Shown piece after piece: positions 43,658 to 58,127 of a stretch of 64,000 nt of DNA (positions within the stretch are counted from its first letter, which is position 1; every line of letters starts with the position of its first letter). The DNA is from Eledone cirrhosa (taxonomy: Eukaryota). The notes beneath the pieces are model-generated. The model was not told the origin of the DNA, did no database searches, and worked only from the letters and a program-made list of their open reading frames with translations. The stretch lies in assembly GCA_964016885.1 (NCBI GenBank), contig OZ024744.1, positions 84,816,001 to 84,880,000 of the forward strand, in the 5' to 3' direction. The translations under genes and the position numbers were made by a program.

Positions 43658-44430
43658 CAGCGGTCACCGACCTTTCGGACACCACGGACCACTAAATTCA
43701 TAATTTTAAATCCCGCTGATCACTAATATGAATTTTTTTTTTAAAAGAAAAATACATTTGTAAAATAATTGTTTCTACTTTAGGCACAAGGCCAGCAATT
43801 ACTCCAGTACATTACTGGTACTTTATTTGATCGACCCCCGTAAGGATGAAAGGCAAAGTTAACCTCGGCGGGATTTGAACTCAGAATGGCAAGGGCCGTA
43901 ACTCTATATGTCAAAGCATGGCGTCCGACCCTCTACCGATACTGCCAATCCACCGCCCTTGTTTTATTATTAATAATAGAGCTTAGGGGGCGGTGGATTA
44001 GCAGTATTGGTAGAGAGTCTGACACCATGCTTTGCAGCATAGAGTTACGGCCCTTTTCAGTCTGAGTTCAAATCCCGCCGAGGTTAACTTTGCCTTTCAT
44101 CCTTACGGGGGTCGATAAAATAAAGTACCAGTAATGCACTGACTGGTTAATTTCTTGCCTTGTGCCAAAAGTAGAAACAATTATTAATAAAACATAAAAT
44201 TGCAAATAATTGTTTCTACTTTTGGCACAAGGCCAGCAATTATCCCAGTGCATTACTGGTACTTTATTTTATCGACCCCCGTAAGGATGAAAGGCAAAGT
44301 TAACCTCGGCGGGATTTGAACTCAGAATGGCAAGGGCCGTAACTCTATGCATCAAAGCATGGCGCCCGACCCTCTACCGATACTGCCAATCCACCTCGTT
44401 TTCTCTCCGACCACTAGTTGGCGACCGCTG
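43658..44430. mobile_element. hAT-like MITE containing three nested family 1 SINEs (43765-43958 -, 43988-44186 +, 44205-44395 -)
   Basis: Termini CAGCGGTCACCGAC ... GTTGGCGACCGCTG. The 8-bp flanks gtgtagaa and gtatagat match at 6/8 positions. Confidence 0.65.
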
Positions 44431-45830
44431 GTATAGATTATGTGTTGTATGAAGAGAGTTTAAAGTTATATCTGCACTGCTGAATTATGTTGAATGTGTC
44501 TTATGTTGGATGAAAGCAGGCTGTGTCTCACAGAACTACACTTTCGACTGTATATAATATTTTGTACTCTTGCTTATTCAGTACATTTTTGTTCATACAT
44601 TATTACTATTATTGCAGCAGGCGGTGAATTGATTGTATCGTTAGAGCGTCAGACACCGTGCTTTGCAGCATACAGTTATGGCCCTTTACGTTCTGAGTTT
44701 AAATCCCGCCGAAGTTAACATTGCCTTTCATCCTTACGAGGGGGTCGATAAAATAAAGTACCAGTAATGTACTGGGGTAATTGTTAGCCTTGTGCCAAAA
44801 GTAGAAACAATTATTATTATTATTACGGTATATAGTTACGGCCCTTTACGTTCTGTGTTCAACTCCCACCTAGGTTAGCTTTTCCTTTCGTCCTTACGGG
44901 GTCGATAAAATAAAGTACCAGTAATGTACTGAAGTCGATTTAATCGACTTCCCACCGCCTGAAATTACTGGCCTTGTGCCTATACTAGAAATCATTATTG
45001 CTGTTAATGTGTTTTTGTTGTTTTTATTGTTGTTGTTATTATTAATCGTTTATTTGTTCATTTCTTTATTATCATTTATTGCTCTTAAAGAATTTGGCGA
45101 GTACCATAGAACAAAGAATTTTCTCCCCGACGCGTCGAACCTGCCAGGGAATTTCCATTCCTATACGCAGCTAATTTAATTCGTTTACATCATCACTGCC
45201 ATATAAATCTGCAGTCCTGTAATGTAGTCATCTACTCGTAAGAAGCTACGGTGGATTGGCAGTATCAGTAGAGGGTCGGACGCCATGCTTTGACGCATAG
45301 AGTTACGGCCCTTGCCATTCTGAGTTCAAATCCCGCCGAGGTTAACTTTGCCTTTCATCCTTACGGGGTCGATAAAATAAAGTACCAGTAATGTACTGGG
45401 TAATTTCTGGCCTTGTGCCAATAGTAGAAGCTATTATTGGTATTGAAGTTAACAAACTGTCTTGTTGAAGAGAAGAGAAGATACGTTTTGTGGTTATATT
45501 CTTGTATGCAGCATTTGAATTACTGTACATCTTTTTTCGCTATTGGGTCGAATTGCAATCACACAATAAATATATTTAAGTTTTAAATACTCGTATATAT
45601 GCTGCGAAAAATAAAATATTGAATCTTTATTTTATATATGTAGGCAGGACCCCCCCCCCCCTACACACACACACACTTAAGGATTAATTGTGCCTTGCAT
45701 AATCAAAAACTAGATGATATATATATGTATATATATATATATGTGTGTGTGTGTAGGATGTTATTTTAACTCAGCCTCACTTTCCTTTTTAATAGATATT
45801 AATTTCAAATCTTATATCCAAAATATAAAT

Positions 45831-45896
45831 ATTTTATCTGATGAACGAGCTGGACGTAAGGATCGTCTAGTCTCCTGAAACCTTTGGTAATGGAAT
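45831..45896 (+). ncRNA. Type I hammerhead ribozyme motif
   Basis: ATTTTAT-CTGATGA-ac-GAG-CTGGACG-taaggat-CGTCTAG-t-CTC-ct-GAAA-CC-ttt-GG-TA-ATGGAAT, with a GUA triplet. Confidence 0.7.
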
Positions 45897-45993
45897 AATT
45901 ATATTGTGTTGTTTATTATGTAATTAAATAGCTCTGTACTATACATAGAGCACTCTGCTTTCCTTTACCTTTTCTACGGAAATACTCAATGCT

Positions 45994-46049
<56 letters not shown>

Positions 46050-46137
46050 CTAAAATATTGATTAATACTCTAAGTAATTAATCACATACGCATATATATA
46101 TATATATATATATATATCTATATCTATATATATACGA

Positions 46138-46203
<66 letters not shown>

Positions 46204-47176
46204 AAAGAATAGAGGTGTAACACACAAGTTATTATATATTGGTAAACGGAATAGAAAATGCTGACAAATTGTTCACAGTTGAAAAATGGTTTAATTAGGA
46301 ATAAAAGAGTATTAGTGATTGTATGGGTTAGTATTCAGTTGTGGTTTTAAGTTTTTAAGTTTTTACCGGTTGCGCATTTCTAAATGCTTTTCAAAAATAA
46401 TTTTGAGATAGAGTGTCCGTGCTCTTTAGCACGGACACTCTATCTCAAAATTATTGGTACTCTATCTCAAAATTATTGGTACATTACTGGTACTTTATAT
46501 AATAAAGTACCAGTAATGCACTGGGAAAATTGCTGGCCTTGTGCCAAAAGTAGAAACAATTATATTTAATTACTGCTTTTTTTCCTGCTAAAACTGTTAT
46601 TTTCTAAAAAAAATTTTAATTGTTTTTTAAATTTAAAAAAAAATTTTTTTTTTATTTATTTTTTTTTTTTATTTTTTTTTTTTTAGATTTTGACGGAGGG
46701 TGGTCTCAAATTTGGATATAATCGAGGTTTCGGTCACTGGTGAGGTGTTTTGTCGCCACTGCTTCAACGGGTTTATATCTAAATTATTTCATGTTTCTGG
46801 CCCAAATGATAGTGTGCCACATTGATATGCAAATATTTATAGTACCAGCGTTTCGCATGTGTTCACACGAATATTTATCAGAATTTGTAGTGACTAGGTG
46901 ATAATATATTTTCAGAGTAATGTAGTGATACCGGATATTTTGTGATAACTAATTTTTATCAAGGCTTAAATCTACGTGTTTATAGGGATTTAAAGGCGAA
47001 AGAGATTGTGAAATATCCATAATCTTTTTAGGGTGCTAACAAGTTAATTGAAGTGATCCGACATTAAAATTGCGATAACTGGAAAAGGTAACATATATTT
47101 TGTGTCATTAAGTAGTTTCGAATCTGCGTTGTAGATGTATTGTTAATATGCGGAAATGTCTGGTTGTAGCGGAACA

Positions 47177-47959
47177 TCTATATATATAAAACAGAGGATG
47201 TCTGTGTGTCTGTTTCCCTAAAACTCGAGAAGTACCCAACCGGTTTTTTTCAAACTTTATACATGTAACTCGTATGACCCCGGAAGTGTTTTGAGCAAAA
47301 AAATTTCAAATTTTCAATGCCCTAGGGACCGCATTAGGCGATTTAGCGATCTCTTTCTCTTTCTCTTAGTCTTTCTCTTTTTAGATAGATACATAGATAT
47401 GACGTCGCGCCTTCATAATATCTGTCTGTATGCCTGACTGTCTGCATTACGTCATTATGACGCGACCAGTGTGTGTGTGTGTATATATTCTTATGCCAGG
47501 GAACGTCTTCACGAACCAAAGTATCGTCTTCCTGTTTTCCAGATTGATTTTTTTAGTTTAAGAAGATCCCGTTGAGGTTGAAAGCAGCGATTCTTTGCTT
47601 AAACATTAATATGTTATTTTAATATAGATATTCGTGTACAGATATTTTTGCATACACAAAAACAAAATATAAACAAACAAGGCCAAAGATTACATCAATT
47701 AGTCTTAGTATATGTACTTCATACTGCTTTTAGGTAGAATATCCCGTTAAGGGTGAAAGCAGTGATTCTTTGCTTAAACTTTAGTCTGTTATTTTAATAT
47801 ATATATATAATTATATATTTATGGACAGATATTTTTGCATACACAATAACAAAATATAAACAAACGTATTTATTTCACGAGGTTCGATAAGGATAAATAT
47901 ATATCAAATATATAAGAACCCTATAGCAAATCCCGAGCAACGCCGGGCCATTCTGCTAG
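47177..47959 (+). mobile_element. Non-autonomous Helitron, carrying two fragments of the 10.6/11.6-kb pLTR family
   Basis: A|TCTATATATATAAAAC start; 'cccgagcaacgccggg...CTAG|T' end. The 5' part is homologous to 30186-30480. Confidence 0.8.
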
Positions 47960-49674
47960 TATATGATATAACAGTATAAGGTTTATACCTTCAACGAGAA
48001 AATATATAAACTGTTCTTTAAAACAGCTTCGCAATATAGATATCATACAAAATTCTGTTTTCTAATACATGTTCATGCGTTACCGCGTCCCTATAGAAGA
48101 TAATTGGGCGACGAATTGGCAGAGTCGTTAGAACGTCGGATAGAATGTTTTATGGTATTCCTTCCAGCTCTCTACTCTCTGAGTTCAAATCCCACCAAGG
48201 TCAACTTTGCCTTTCATCTTTTCGAGGTCAATAAAAAAACGTACCAGTCTAGTACTGGGGTCGATTCTTCCTCTATATCTCTTGCTCATTTCCTCTCTCT
48301 CACTTTCTATCTTTCGTTCCAGGCTCTCTGCTCTCGGTGTTCTAATCCCGTCGAGGTCAACTTTGCCTTTCATCTTTTCGAGGTCAATAAAAAAACGTAC
48401 CAGTCTAGTACTGGGGTCGATTCTTCCTCTATATCTCTTTCTCATTTCCTCTCTCTCACTTTCTATCTTTCTCTGGAAGAAATCTGCTGTACTCAGGACT
48501 GGAGAGGTATGGGCTCCGGCGGGCTTAAGATACCCCAAGAAACGTGGTATGTCAATACAGCTCCCCTACGACTCCATCAGGAGTTACGGGACCATACATA
48601 CATACATGCATACATAGGGGATAATTAGACAGATGAAATACCTTCCGGTATTTTTTTTACCGGTTTCTACTGTATCTCAAATTCAAATTCCGCCGGGCTC
48701 AACTTTGCCGTCCACCCTTTTGTGGTCGATAAATAGAAAGTACTAGTCTAAGGCGGTGGATTAGCAAAATTATGAGAGCGCCGAACGAGATACCTGGTGA
48801 TATCCAGCAGTAAAAAAGGGAGACATGATACAACACCCAGCACTAATCTAAGCACTGTAATATGAGTTAGATGTTCTCCTTACCTTATCCCCTGACAACT
48901 ACAAACTATATAGTGACCACATCATGAAGAACTTACATATGTTTGGTACAGAGATCTACCATGCACCCGTATTTTTCATAGTACTGGTAGAATAGAACTG
49001 ATAGAAGAATTTCTCACATGTCATCAAATAAAGAAATCTTTGACAATCCAGTCCAATCATACAATAAATCACAAGGAGGTAGTGGATTTAAGAAGGAGGT
49101 TACATTTATCCTTAAGCCCCTGTCATCCAATAGGAAGAAAATATATATTATCTAGTTCACACACCCTTTTCCTTATATGTTAAGTCTAACATGAACGAAA
49201 CATTTCGAGTCTTTATAAATAATCACATCCTATTTAACCACTAATGAGGAAAATGTTAAAAAGGAACTAGACCACCCGTGACCCGTTGGGTCACGTTCAC
49301 TTCAAAATATGTTTTAAAAATCATGTTCGCTTAAAAATAATTTCTAAATAATTAAAATATACACAGACATGTATATAATGTGAAATGAAACTGGAAGGCT
49401 CACATATATATATATGCGTGTCTATGTATATATATAAATGTGTGTGTGTTTACATATATATATATATATATGTGTGTGTGTGTATATATGTGGTTGTCTG
49501 TAATCTATATACACTGTCATAGACATACACACACATATATATATACACACACACACTCACACACATATATATATATATATATACACAACAACAATACCAG
49601 CTCTCTCCCATTCTCCTTCTCTGTCTCCTATCCCTCTCTCTATGTCTCTCTTTCAATCTACTCTCTCACAACCA

Positions 49675-49750
<76 letters not shown>

Positions 49751-50288
49751 ATGAAGGTACCCGCAAGAACCCCATATCTCGGGAACCCATTTTCCGATTT
49801 ACGCGAAACTTGTTTTATTCCATTTGTATTCCCATTTCAGGGTCCACTTCCTTTCAAAGTATTTCTCCATTGTGCGCCTTTTTGGCTGTATTACATTACA
49901 AACAAGCAAGCAAATAAGCAATCACAGACTTTTAGTAATATATAGATAATTTTACACGGCGTCATAGCTGTATTACAGATATGAGAAATGAGGAGGCACT
50001 CCGACGGTTACGACCAAGAGTGTTCCAGTTGATCCAATAAATGGGACAGCTTGCTTGTGAAATTAACGTGCAAGTGGCTGAGCATTTCATAGACACACAA
50101 TTTGACAAGGCTGGCCCTTCAAATTACAGGTACAACTCATTTTACTAGCTGAGTGGACTGGAGTAACGTGAAATAAAGTATTTTGCTCAAGGTAACAATG
50201 CGCCACCGGGAATCGAACTCACGGCCTTACGATTGTGAGCCGAATACCCCAGCCACAAAGTCACGCGCCTACACTATGAAAAACGTAA

Positions 50289-51315
50289 TCTATATATATA
50301 AAACTGAGGTTGTCTGTCTGTCTATCGATTTTTGGCACACATCTCCTCTTAGAATCTCTCATGGAATTGCACCGAAATTGCTATACTTGTACATTGAGCC
50401 CTAGCGAAGACATCGGAAAAAAAATATTTCAAATTGACCCGCCCTATCTGACGAAATCGAATATAATGTATCGATTTTTGAGCGTAAGTGATCAGTTATT
50501 TCCCTTTGTTCTGTTTACATTGAGCGTCTGCGTGCAAAAATTAAAAAAATTACGCTGGCTTTCTCAGCGTTTAAAATGACATTAACACAATACACGAACA
50601 GTTGTCGAGCCAGCAAAATATTGACCTGCAAAATTCATCAGTTCGAACACTAAGCTTCCGTTTTGCTTCATTTCCATTTAAAAGCCTTTTAAAACAATAT
50701 TTTTACTTGAAAACAAGTCTATTTAAAGACTACGTAAAACAAGCAAATATTTCGTAAAAAAAAGCAAAAATTATATAAGTTTATTTAAAATATATGTATC
50801 TGTAAATTTCGTTAGGCGTGCAGACAGACAGTCGTGCAGACAGACAGTCGTGCAGACAGACAGTCGTGCAGAGAGGTGATATACGCGTGCAGACAGACAG
50901 TCGTGCAGAGAGGTGATATACGCGTGCAGACAGACAGTCGTGCAGAGAGGTGATATAGGCGTGCAGACAGACAGTCGTGCAGAGAGGTGATATAGGCGTG
51001 CAGACAGACATAACTGATAATTTGGTTACGCTAATGTTTTTCTCTGCGTTGCAGTGTTTACATTTTCGATCTTTGTTAATAAATAACCAGTGCAGTTTTT
51101 ATCCCCAGCATCCTCTTTTGTTATAACATTCGGGTTATCGTTATGTTTTCTTAACTTCATAAGGCATATTGTTGGTTGAGGGAATATTAATCAAAAACAC
51201 CACATGCAAGTCTGCACAGTAGACACTACAGTTTTTAAGCCAAAAAAGAAACTTAACATTGTAACTTTAACACAGCTACTGAGCGACCCCGAGCAACGCC
51301 GGGCTTTACTGCTAG
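50289..51315 (+). mobile_element. Non-autonomous Helitron with an internal minisatellite (50817-51010)
   Basis: A|TCTATATATATAAAACTGAGG start; 'cccgagcaacgccggg...CTAG|T' end; tandem ~37-bp unit 'cgtgcagacagacagtcgtgcagagaggtgatata'. Confidence 0.8.
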
Positions 51316-52560
51316 TACTAAATAAACCAGCTAAATAAACTGAGGCTAACTTCACGCGTAGAAATACAAATGCATGCTTCGTTAATTATTCACGCAAGAC
51401 TGAAGGGATTATTTACAAGATAGAAGCTACTTCCTTCAAAGAATTCTATCCGACGTTCTAACGACTCTGCCTATTCGTCGCTTTACAAACTCACTTAATA
51501 GGACAGCTAAAATACTCTCATGTAGTTTCGGCTTTAAAATTCTTCGTTATTTAGTGAGAAAATACTCTAACTTCTCAGACTAAAAAAGTTATTGAAGTTG
51601 TTGAAAAGACATAACTGTGTAGAAACAAAATAATGTATTTCTTGTTATGGAGAGACTTGTAAGAGACTGGAGGGAAGATAACGAACAAACTTTAAACAAC
51701 CCGATAAACGAAACTGCGCTGATAGAGATCAGCTTTGTAAGTGGCCAGAACTGGAATATAACGTTGCCGAGAGTGGGTACTTATAAATTGTCAAGATGGA
51801 AAATGTCTAGATTGTAGATTATGATGCCATCTGAATTTATGAACAAACAGGAACAAAGAAGCGCGGGAAATTATATAGATTTTATGGAAAGTATCGGATA
51901 AACACAATGCTGATGAGGCAGTATGGTTTTTGCATTTCAGCAGAGAACGATGATTACATAAGGCTCCTACAAGATCATACTTATTTAGTAGGTCGTGTAT
52001 TTTGATACATACACTCCTTAATTATTTGCATTATCGGTAGAGCGTCAAACACCATGCTTTGTAGCTTAGAGTTATGGCCTTTGCTTTCTGAGCTCAAATC
52101 CCGCTAAGGTGAGCTTTGCCTTTTATCCTTACGGCGTCGATTAAATAAAACACCAGTAATGTACTGGGGTAATTGCTGGCCTTGTGTCAAAAGTAGAACC
52201 AATTATTACTGTAATTTCTGAGAGCAGTGGATTGGCAGAATCAGTAGAGCGTCGGACAACATGTTTTGTAACATTTAGTTATGGCCCGTTACGTTCTGAG
52301 TTCAAATCCTACCGAGGTAAGCTTTGCCTTTCATCCTTACGGGGTCGATAATATAAAGTACCAGTAATGCACTGGGATCGATTTAATCGATTTCCCCTCC
52401 CGCAAAATTGTTGGCCATGTGCCAATAGTAGAAATCATTATTATTTAATTTTGCCTTTCATCCTTACGGGGTCGATAAAATAAAGTACCAGTAATACACT
52501 GGGATAATTGCTGGCCTTGTGCCAAAAAGTAGAAACAATTATTATTAATATTATTATTAG

Positions 52561-52591
<31 letters not shown>

Positions 52592-52638
52592 AAGAAGAGA
52601 GACAGTTTTATGTATACATCTTCTGTTTATTATCTAAT

Positions 52639-52708
52639 TCTGTTATGCGCATTTCGAAGACATCAAAGTGATTGCATAATAACATTTGATGTGTTGTCAT
52701 CAGACAGA
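52639..52708 (-). ncRNA. Hammerhead motif with palindromic stem III
   Basis: Minus strand: TCTGT-CTGATGA-caac-ACATCAAA...TTTGATGT-cttc-GAAA-TGCGCA-TA-ACAGA. Lies ~50 bp from a (TA)n tract. Confidence 0.7.
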
Positions 52709-55189
52709 TATTAAGGGTTAATATTTTTCTTGTTTTTGATATGTCTGCTACAGTTTGGAACACAATGATAGCAGTCCAACTGCAAGTGAGTATATCAACG
52801 TTTCTTCACTTGGAATAATATATATATATTTATAGTTTCCACTAAAGATGTTTGCATTTCAACAGTTGTTTTTTTTTTTATGTCATAGTGTGAACTCATC
52901 CTGTTCCTGTTGTGTGACTGACTATTCGTTACACATCGTGGTAACCTAATAGTTAAGTTACCAGCTGCTAACTTCTGACACCATTTTGGTGAAATATAAA
53001 CTTTGTTAAAAGGAATCACACCCAAACCATTAATCAGGTTAAGACAGGCAAGGAGCAACAGGTTTATATTTCTTTCGTTATTACTTTATATTCATCTATA
53101 GAGATGCAATTTAGAGTGCTTTTGGGCTATAATACCACTAGTATGTATAGAAGATATAGAACATCAGAAAGTAAACAAGCAAAACATAAAAAAAAACTAT
53201 TAAAGAGGGCAGCAGATAGGAAATTAGAGCTATCTTTCATTTATCTTCAAGCTGTATTGTTTTCGTAATTATTTCATCACTACCATAAACAGTTATCATC
53301 TTCGGAACCTGTTGATTGTACTTTCACTTCTTCCACTTGAATTACTTTCCATACTCGTTTACATTTTTCAACCAACACGTCATTTCGCATTCGTCAGTGT
53401 AAGTCTGTGTGTCTTCGCTTCGTCTTTCAGTAAATTATCTTAAAATGTAATTCTTTACAAAAAGTCATTTAATAAAATGTCAAACATATTCGTTTCTGAT
53501 TTAGGCACAAAGCCAACAATTTTGGGTGGAATCGATCCCAGTGTATTACTGGTTCTTTATTGACCCCGTAAGGATGAAATGCAAAGCTAACGTCGACGGG
53601 ATTTGAAATGAGAACGTAGATAATAATAATTGTTTCTACTTTTGGCACAAAGCCAGCAATTACCCCAGTGCATTACTGGTACTTTATTTTATCGACGCCG
53701 TAAGGATGAAAAGCAAAGATAACTTCGGCGGAATTTAAACTCAGACCATGAAGAGCCGTAACTCTATGCTGCAAAGCATGGCGTCCGACCCTCTACTGAT
53801 ACTGTCAATCCACCACACTACGTAAATAATAATAATAATAATGGTTTGTGATTTAGGCACAAGGCCAACAATTTTGTAGAGAGGGAAAAGTCGATTAAAT
53901 AGACCCCAGTGCATTACTGGTACTTTATTTTATCGACCCCGTAAGGATGAAAGGAAAAGTTAAACTCGGCGGGATTTGAACTCATAACGTAAAGAGACAT
54001 AACTCTTTGTCGCAAAGCATAGAAAGAGAAAGAAAGAGAGGGGGAATAATACACCGAGTGGCGTAGTCCTAGATACACTAACTGCTCATGCGTAGAAGAC
54101 ATCTGATCATAAATATTTTAAATCAGAGTTGACCAGCGACTGAATATAATAATAATAATAATCATCATCATCATTAATGTCTGCAGCGGCGGTGTCATCC
54201 CCATCGCCATTGCTGCGGTCACCGCAACCCCCAACACCACCGCCACCACCACTGCTACCACCGCCACAGCTACCGCCACCACGAGTTCCAGCATCAGAAG
54301 CTGTATCATCACCATCACCATCATCATCATCATCATCAACAGCACCAGCACCAGCAGTAAATGTATTAAACCCAGTAACGGGTCTGTTGTCCTATCCGTC
54401 GAGAAGGCCTTTACTGTTAGTCCCCTAACGCCAATGAAACCGGGGTAAACCCCAGTCTGATGTGGCACCGAGCTTGGGATAAAGTTTAACATTTTTTTTA
54501 ACATCACAGAGATACCTGAAGTAGAAAATACGACTGCATCTTCTAGATTTCCTTTTTATATTGCCGAGGTAACAAACAAACAAGCCACCACCACCAACAA
54601 CAGCAGCAGTAGCAGCAGACAGGACAGTCTGACGAAAAATGAAAGAAACAACAAACTCATGCGTTGCTGCATAACAACATTGAAAGACTTCGTAAACGAT
54701 GGAAGTGAGTAAGAACAGTTGGAAAACTACGTATACACAAATGTCATAACTTTGATAACTTTGATAGGTTTTGGCCAGTATTAACCCAGTCCATGTCTAA
54801 CTTAATAGCACCACCTGGCATTTTGTGTTCTTTATTGATTTCTATATCAATGAGGGTCTCGTCGGCCCATTTACTTGAAACATTGGATGTTATAGATAAA
54901 ATAAACTAAATAATTTTGAAGGAATGACTATTAAGACAATTTATTTGCCATTTTCTTTTCTTTTCATAATTAAGTCAAAATGAAACAATGGATGGAATAC
55001 TTACTAATCCGGTTTGGGTTTCTTTATCGTTTACATACCAAAGGAAATATGCATGAAGGCAGAGGAAAAGACATATGACAATCAAACAGACGCCAACTCC
55101 TAATACAGCGTTTCCAGCATTTCTGACTGGTCTGCAAATATAAAAGAAAGAGATTTATTAATAAAATGTGTTGATTATATTATTAGTTA

Positions 55190-56133
55190 AGGAGTACGGG
55201 CAAGAATTGCAGGAGCTGATGCAGTAATGCGTCAGCTTCAGCATTCGGTAATCAGATGAAGAGAGGTAGGTGTAAAAGCCAAACTCGCTATCTTCAATTC
55301 GGTTTACGTGCCAATAAGTCACTCGCTGGTAGGAAAATCTTGACAACCGCCCATCAGTAACAACAATGGAGCTAAAGGCGAGCAAGGAATTGTCCCCTGG
55401 AGCAGATACAAACTATGCAGTGTGGAAATGCTTAAACAGACTAAGATCTGGTGTTGGGCGTGCAAAAGTCACTCTTGCAAAATGGGGATATTTAAAGGAT
55501 GGGGACGTTATGTGTGACTGCAGCATCGAACCACAGACTATGCAGCACCTCCTGATATGCCCCCTGCTGGAACACCCCTACACCGCATTGGACTTGGCAG
55601 AGTTTAATGAGAAAGGACAGCAATATGTTCAGCTGTGGCGGAACCACATCTAGCCAAGCTTTGTATCTGACACTCTTGTGGACACAAGAAGTATTCATGA
55701 CAACCCTTACGTATTCTCATGAATGTTGAGTAATGACGGAAAGAATACAATCGCGAATATAAACGGCCGAAATAGGATTCCTCCGGAAGGTCTTTGGAGT
55801 AACGTACTCGATAAAGTGCGTGGATCGAAGATCAGAAAGTCACTCCAGCTAGAGCTGCTTCTTCCCCAAATTGAGAGATCACAGCTCCGATACTATGGGC
55901 ATGTGGTTAGAATATCTCAGGAAAGAATTGTTGGACAGATTTCTCGGGGAAAAAACCAACCTGCAGAAGACTCCGCGCAAGAGGGTTGGATAACATCCGT
56001 GTGTTTGGCTGGTCTCGTTTGGGGATCCAGCCGGATCAGTTGGAGATGGTTATTTTGACAGGATCCGCAGGAAGGAGTATTTGAGGAATCTGCATCCACC
56101 GCTCTCTCGGGAATAAGTGGGCGAAGAAGAAGA
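55190..56133 (+). mobile_element. RTE-clade LINE remnant interrupted by the 3' end of a second RTE-like LINE (~55315-55700)
   Basis: Outer part: 'IRKSLQLELLLPQIERSQLRYYGHVVR' and a (GAA)n end. Insert: 'WKCLNRLRSGVGR...KWGY...CDC..EPQTMQHLLIC'. Confidence 0.7.
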
Positions 56134-56292
56134 ATCTTGGATTATGTTATCAGTTAAGGAGTACGAAGCCTAGTGCAAGCCACTAAAGAAAGGTCAATGT
56201 TTATGAAAAGGGAGAGAAGTAAAAGGAAAAAGCAGAGAATTAAGCAACAAAGGAAAGAGATGGAGAGAGAGAGGGGGAGGAAGGGATAGACT

Positions 56293-56680
56293 CTACACCC
56301 TACTCTTAGTGGTGTTTCGGCCGTACCCTGCAGACAGAATGACGAAGGCATTGTCACGGAGAATGGCCAATGACACCCGCTGCAACAGCCACCACACCCC
56401 ATCGCCCACCTCACTGAGCTCTTTCCTCGTGCAGGTTGTTGTCTTTCTGATTTTGCGAAGGAAAATGGCGATATGGAGACCAAAGGCACCAGAGGTCTCG
56501 ACGACGACCGGTACGAAAAGGTAGCTGTTAATTAAACCCCGGTATTTAGTTATCTTCCTCTCCTCTGAATTGCGGGCGGCGGTGCGCGAGTTTGCAACCG
56601 AAGCGACAAGGCTGGAAGGCAGAGAATGTGTCACAATACGTCGCGTTCCAGATTAGGGATTTACCTCCCTTGAAATTGAA
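56293..56680 (-). mobile_element. 3' remnant of a second CRE-like retrotransposon (RLE domain)
   Basis: 'SEERKITKYRGL...FVPVVVETSGAFG' and 'WLLQRVSLAILRDNAFVIL' parallel 18620-19045. Confidence 0.75.
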
Positions 56681-57926
56681 AGAGGGTTATTTGGTCGTGG
56701 TGAGAGATTCAGTATGTATCAAGAGAGTGTTGTAGTTTGCTTTAAGCATTGTGTAAAGTGTAGAAAATAGTGTGTTTTTGTTTGAAGGTTACGACAATGT
56801 GAATTAGACAGTAAATGTTAAGAAATATGATGAGAACAAGAATGTTAAGATGAGACAACAAGCCGCCAATCTGGCGCCCTGTTCTGTTTAGACTCGTGAA
56901 GACAAGGCAACAAAGAGGAAAGCTCATCAGAAGAATTCCTATAAAGACATTCCTTCTGACATCACTTTCTTCTGTCAGATATCTTTCTGATATCTTTATA
57001 GACAAACACAAATACAAATAACGATTTCTGATTTAGGCACAAGGCCAACAATTTTTTGGAGAAAAAGGTAAATCGATTAAATCGACCCCAATGGATTACT
57101 GGTACTTTATTTTATCGACCCCGTAGGAATGAAAGGCAAAGTTAACCTCGGTGTGATTTGAACTTAGAACGTAAAGGGCGGTAACTTTATGCTGCAAAGC
57201 ATGACGTCCTATCTTCTACCGATATTACCAATCCCACAAGGCCAACACTTTTTTGGGAAAGGGTAAATCGATTAAATCGAATGAAAGGCAAAGCTAAACT
57301 CAGCGTGATTTAAACCATTCTTACGGGGTCGATAAATGATTTAAACTCGGCGTGATTTAAACTCAGTACTTAAAGAGCCTTAACTCTAAGCCGTGAAACA
57401 TTGTGTCCGACGCTCTACCGTTAAGAGAGGTTTTAAATTGTTTCTCTATTTGTTAGAAAGGGCAGCCAAATTTCCCTCAAATAACATTTTACCGTTTAAC
57501 CTACGCCCCCTCAAAATACATTAAGACATTTGGTTAATAGGTTTGATGGGTTGAATGACCTCACTGACACTACTTCCTTTGTTGTTTCGTATGATAGATG
57601 GTTCTCCGTCGGTTTCTACGATCAATGATCATTTAGCTGTTCAATCAATTCAACGCCCGACTTGTGAATTAACGTGTAAGTGGCTGAGCATTCCGCAGAC
57701 ATGTGTAACCTAAACGGAATTCTAAAGCAGACACAGCAACATCCAACACCACCACCACCTCCACCACCACCACCACCACAACAACAACAACAACAACAGC
57801 CATAAGAAGAGGTACAACAACAACAAGAAAAACAAAATCAACAAGGTTAGCAACGTTAATTAAGAGATAATACCAGTATTACATCATTCTTTGGCAACTT
57901 TGAATAAACAACAGACATAATAAATA

Positions 57927-57990
<64 letters not shown>

Positions 57991-58003
57991 GTGTGTGTGT
58001 GTG

Positions 58004-58056
<53 letters not shown>

Positions 58057-58062
58057 ATATAT

Positions 58063-58123
<61 letters not shown>

Positions 58124-58127
<4 letters not shown>

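Noticed and set aside
51560-51960. Possible pogo/Tigger transposase relic and a CTGATGA at ~51911
   Set aside because: Too decayed to support, and no GAAA or stem III follows the motif.
56850-56935. CTGATGA with a downstream hairpin on the minus strand
   Set aside because: GAAA is replaced by TAAA and there is no stem I.
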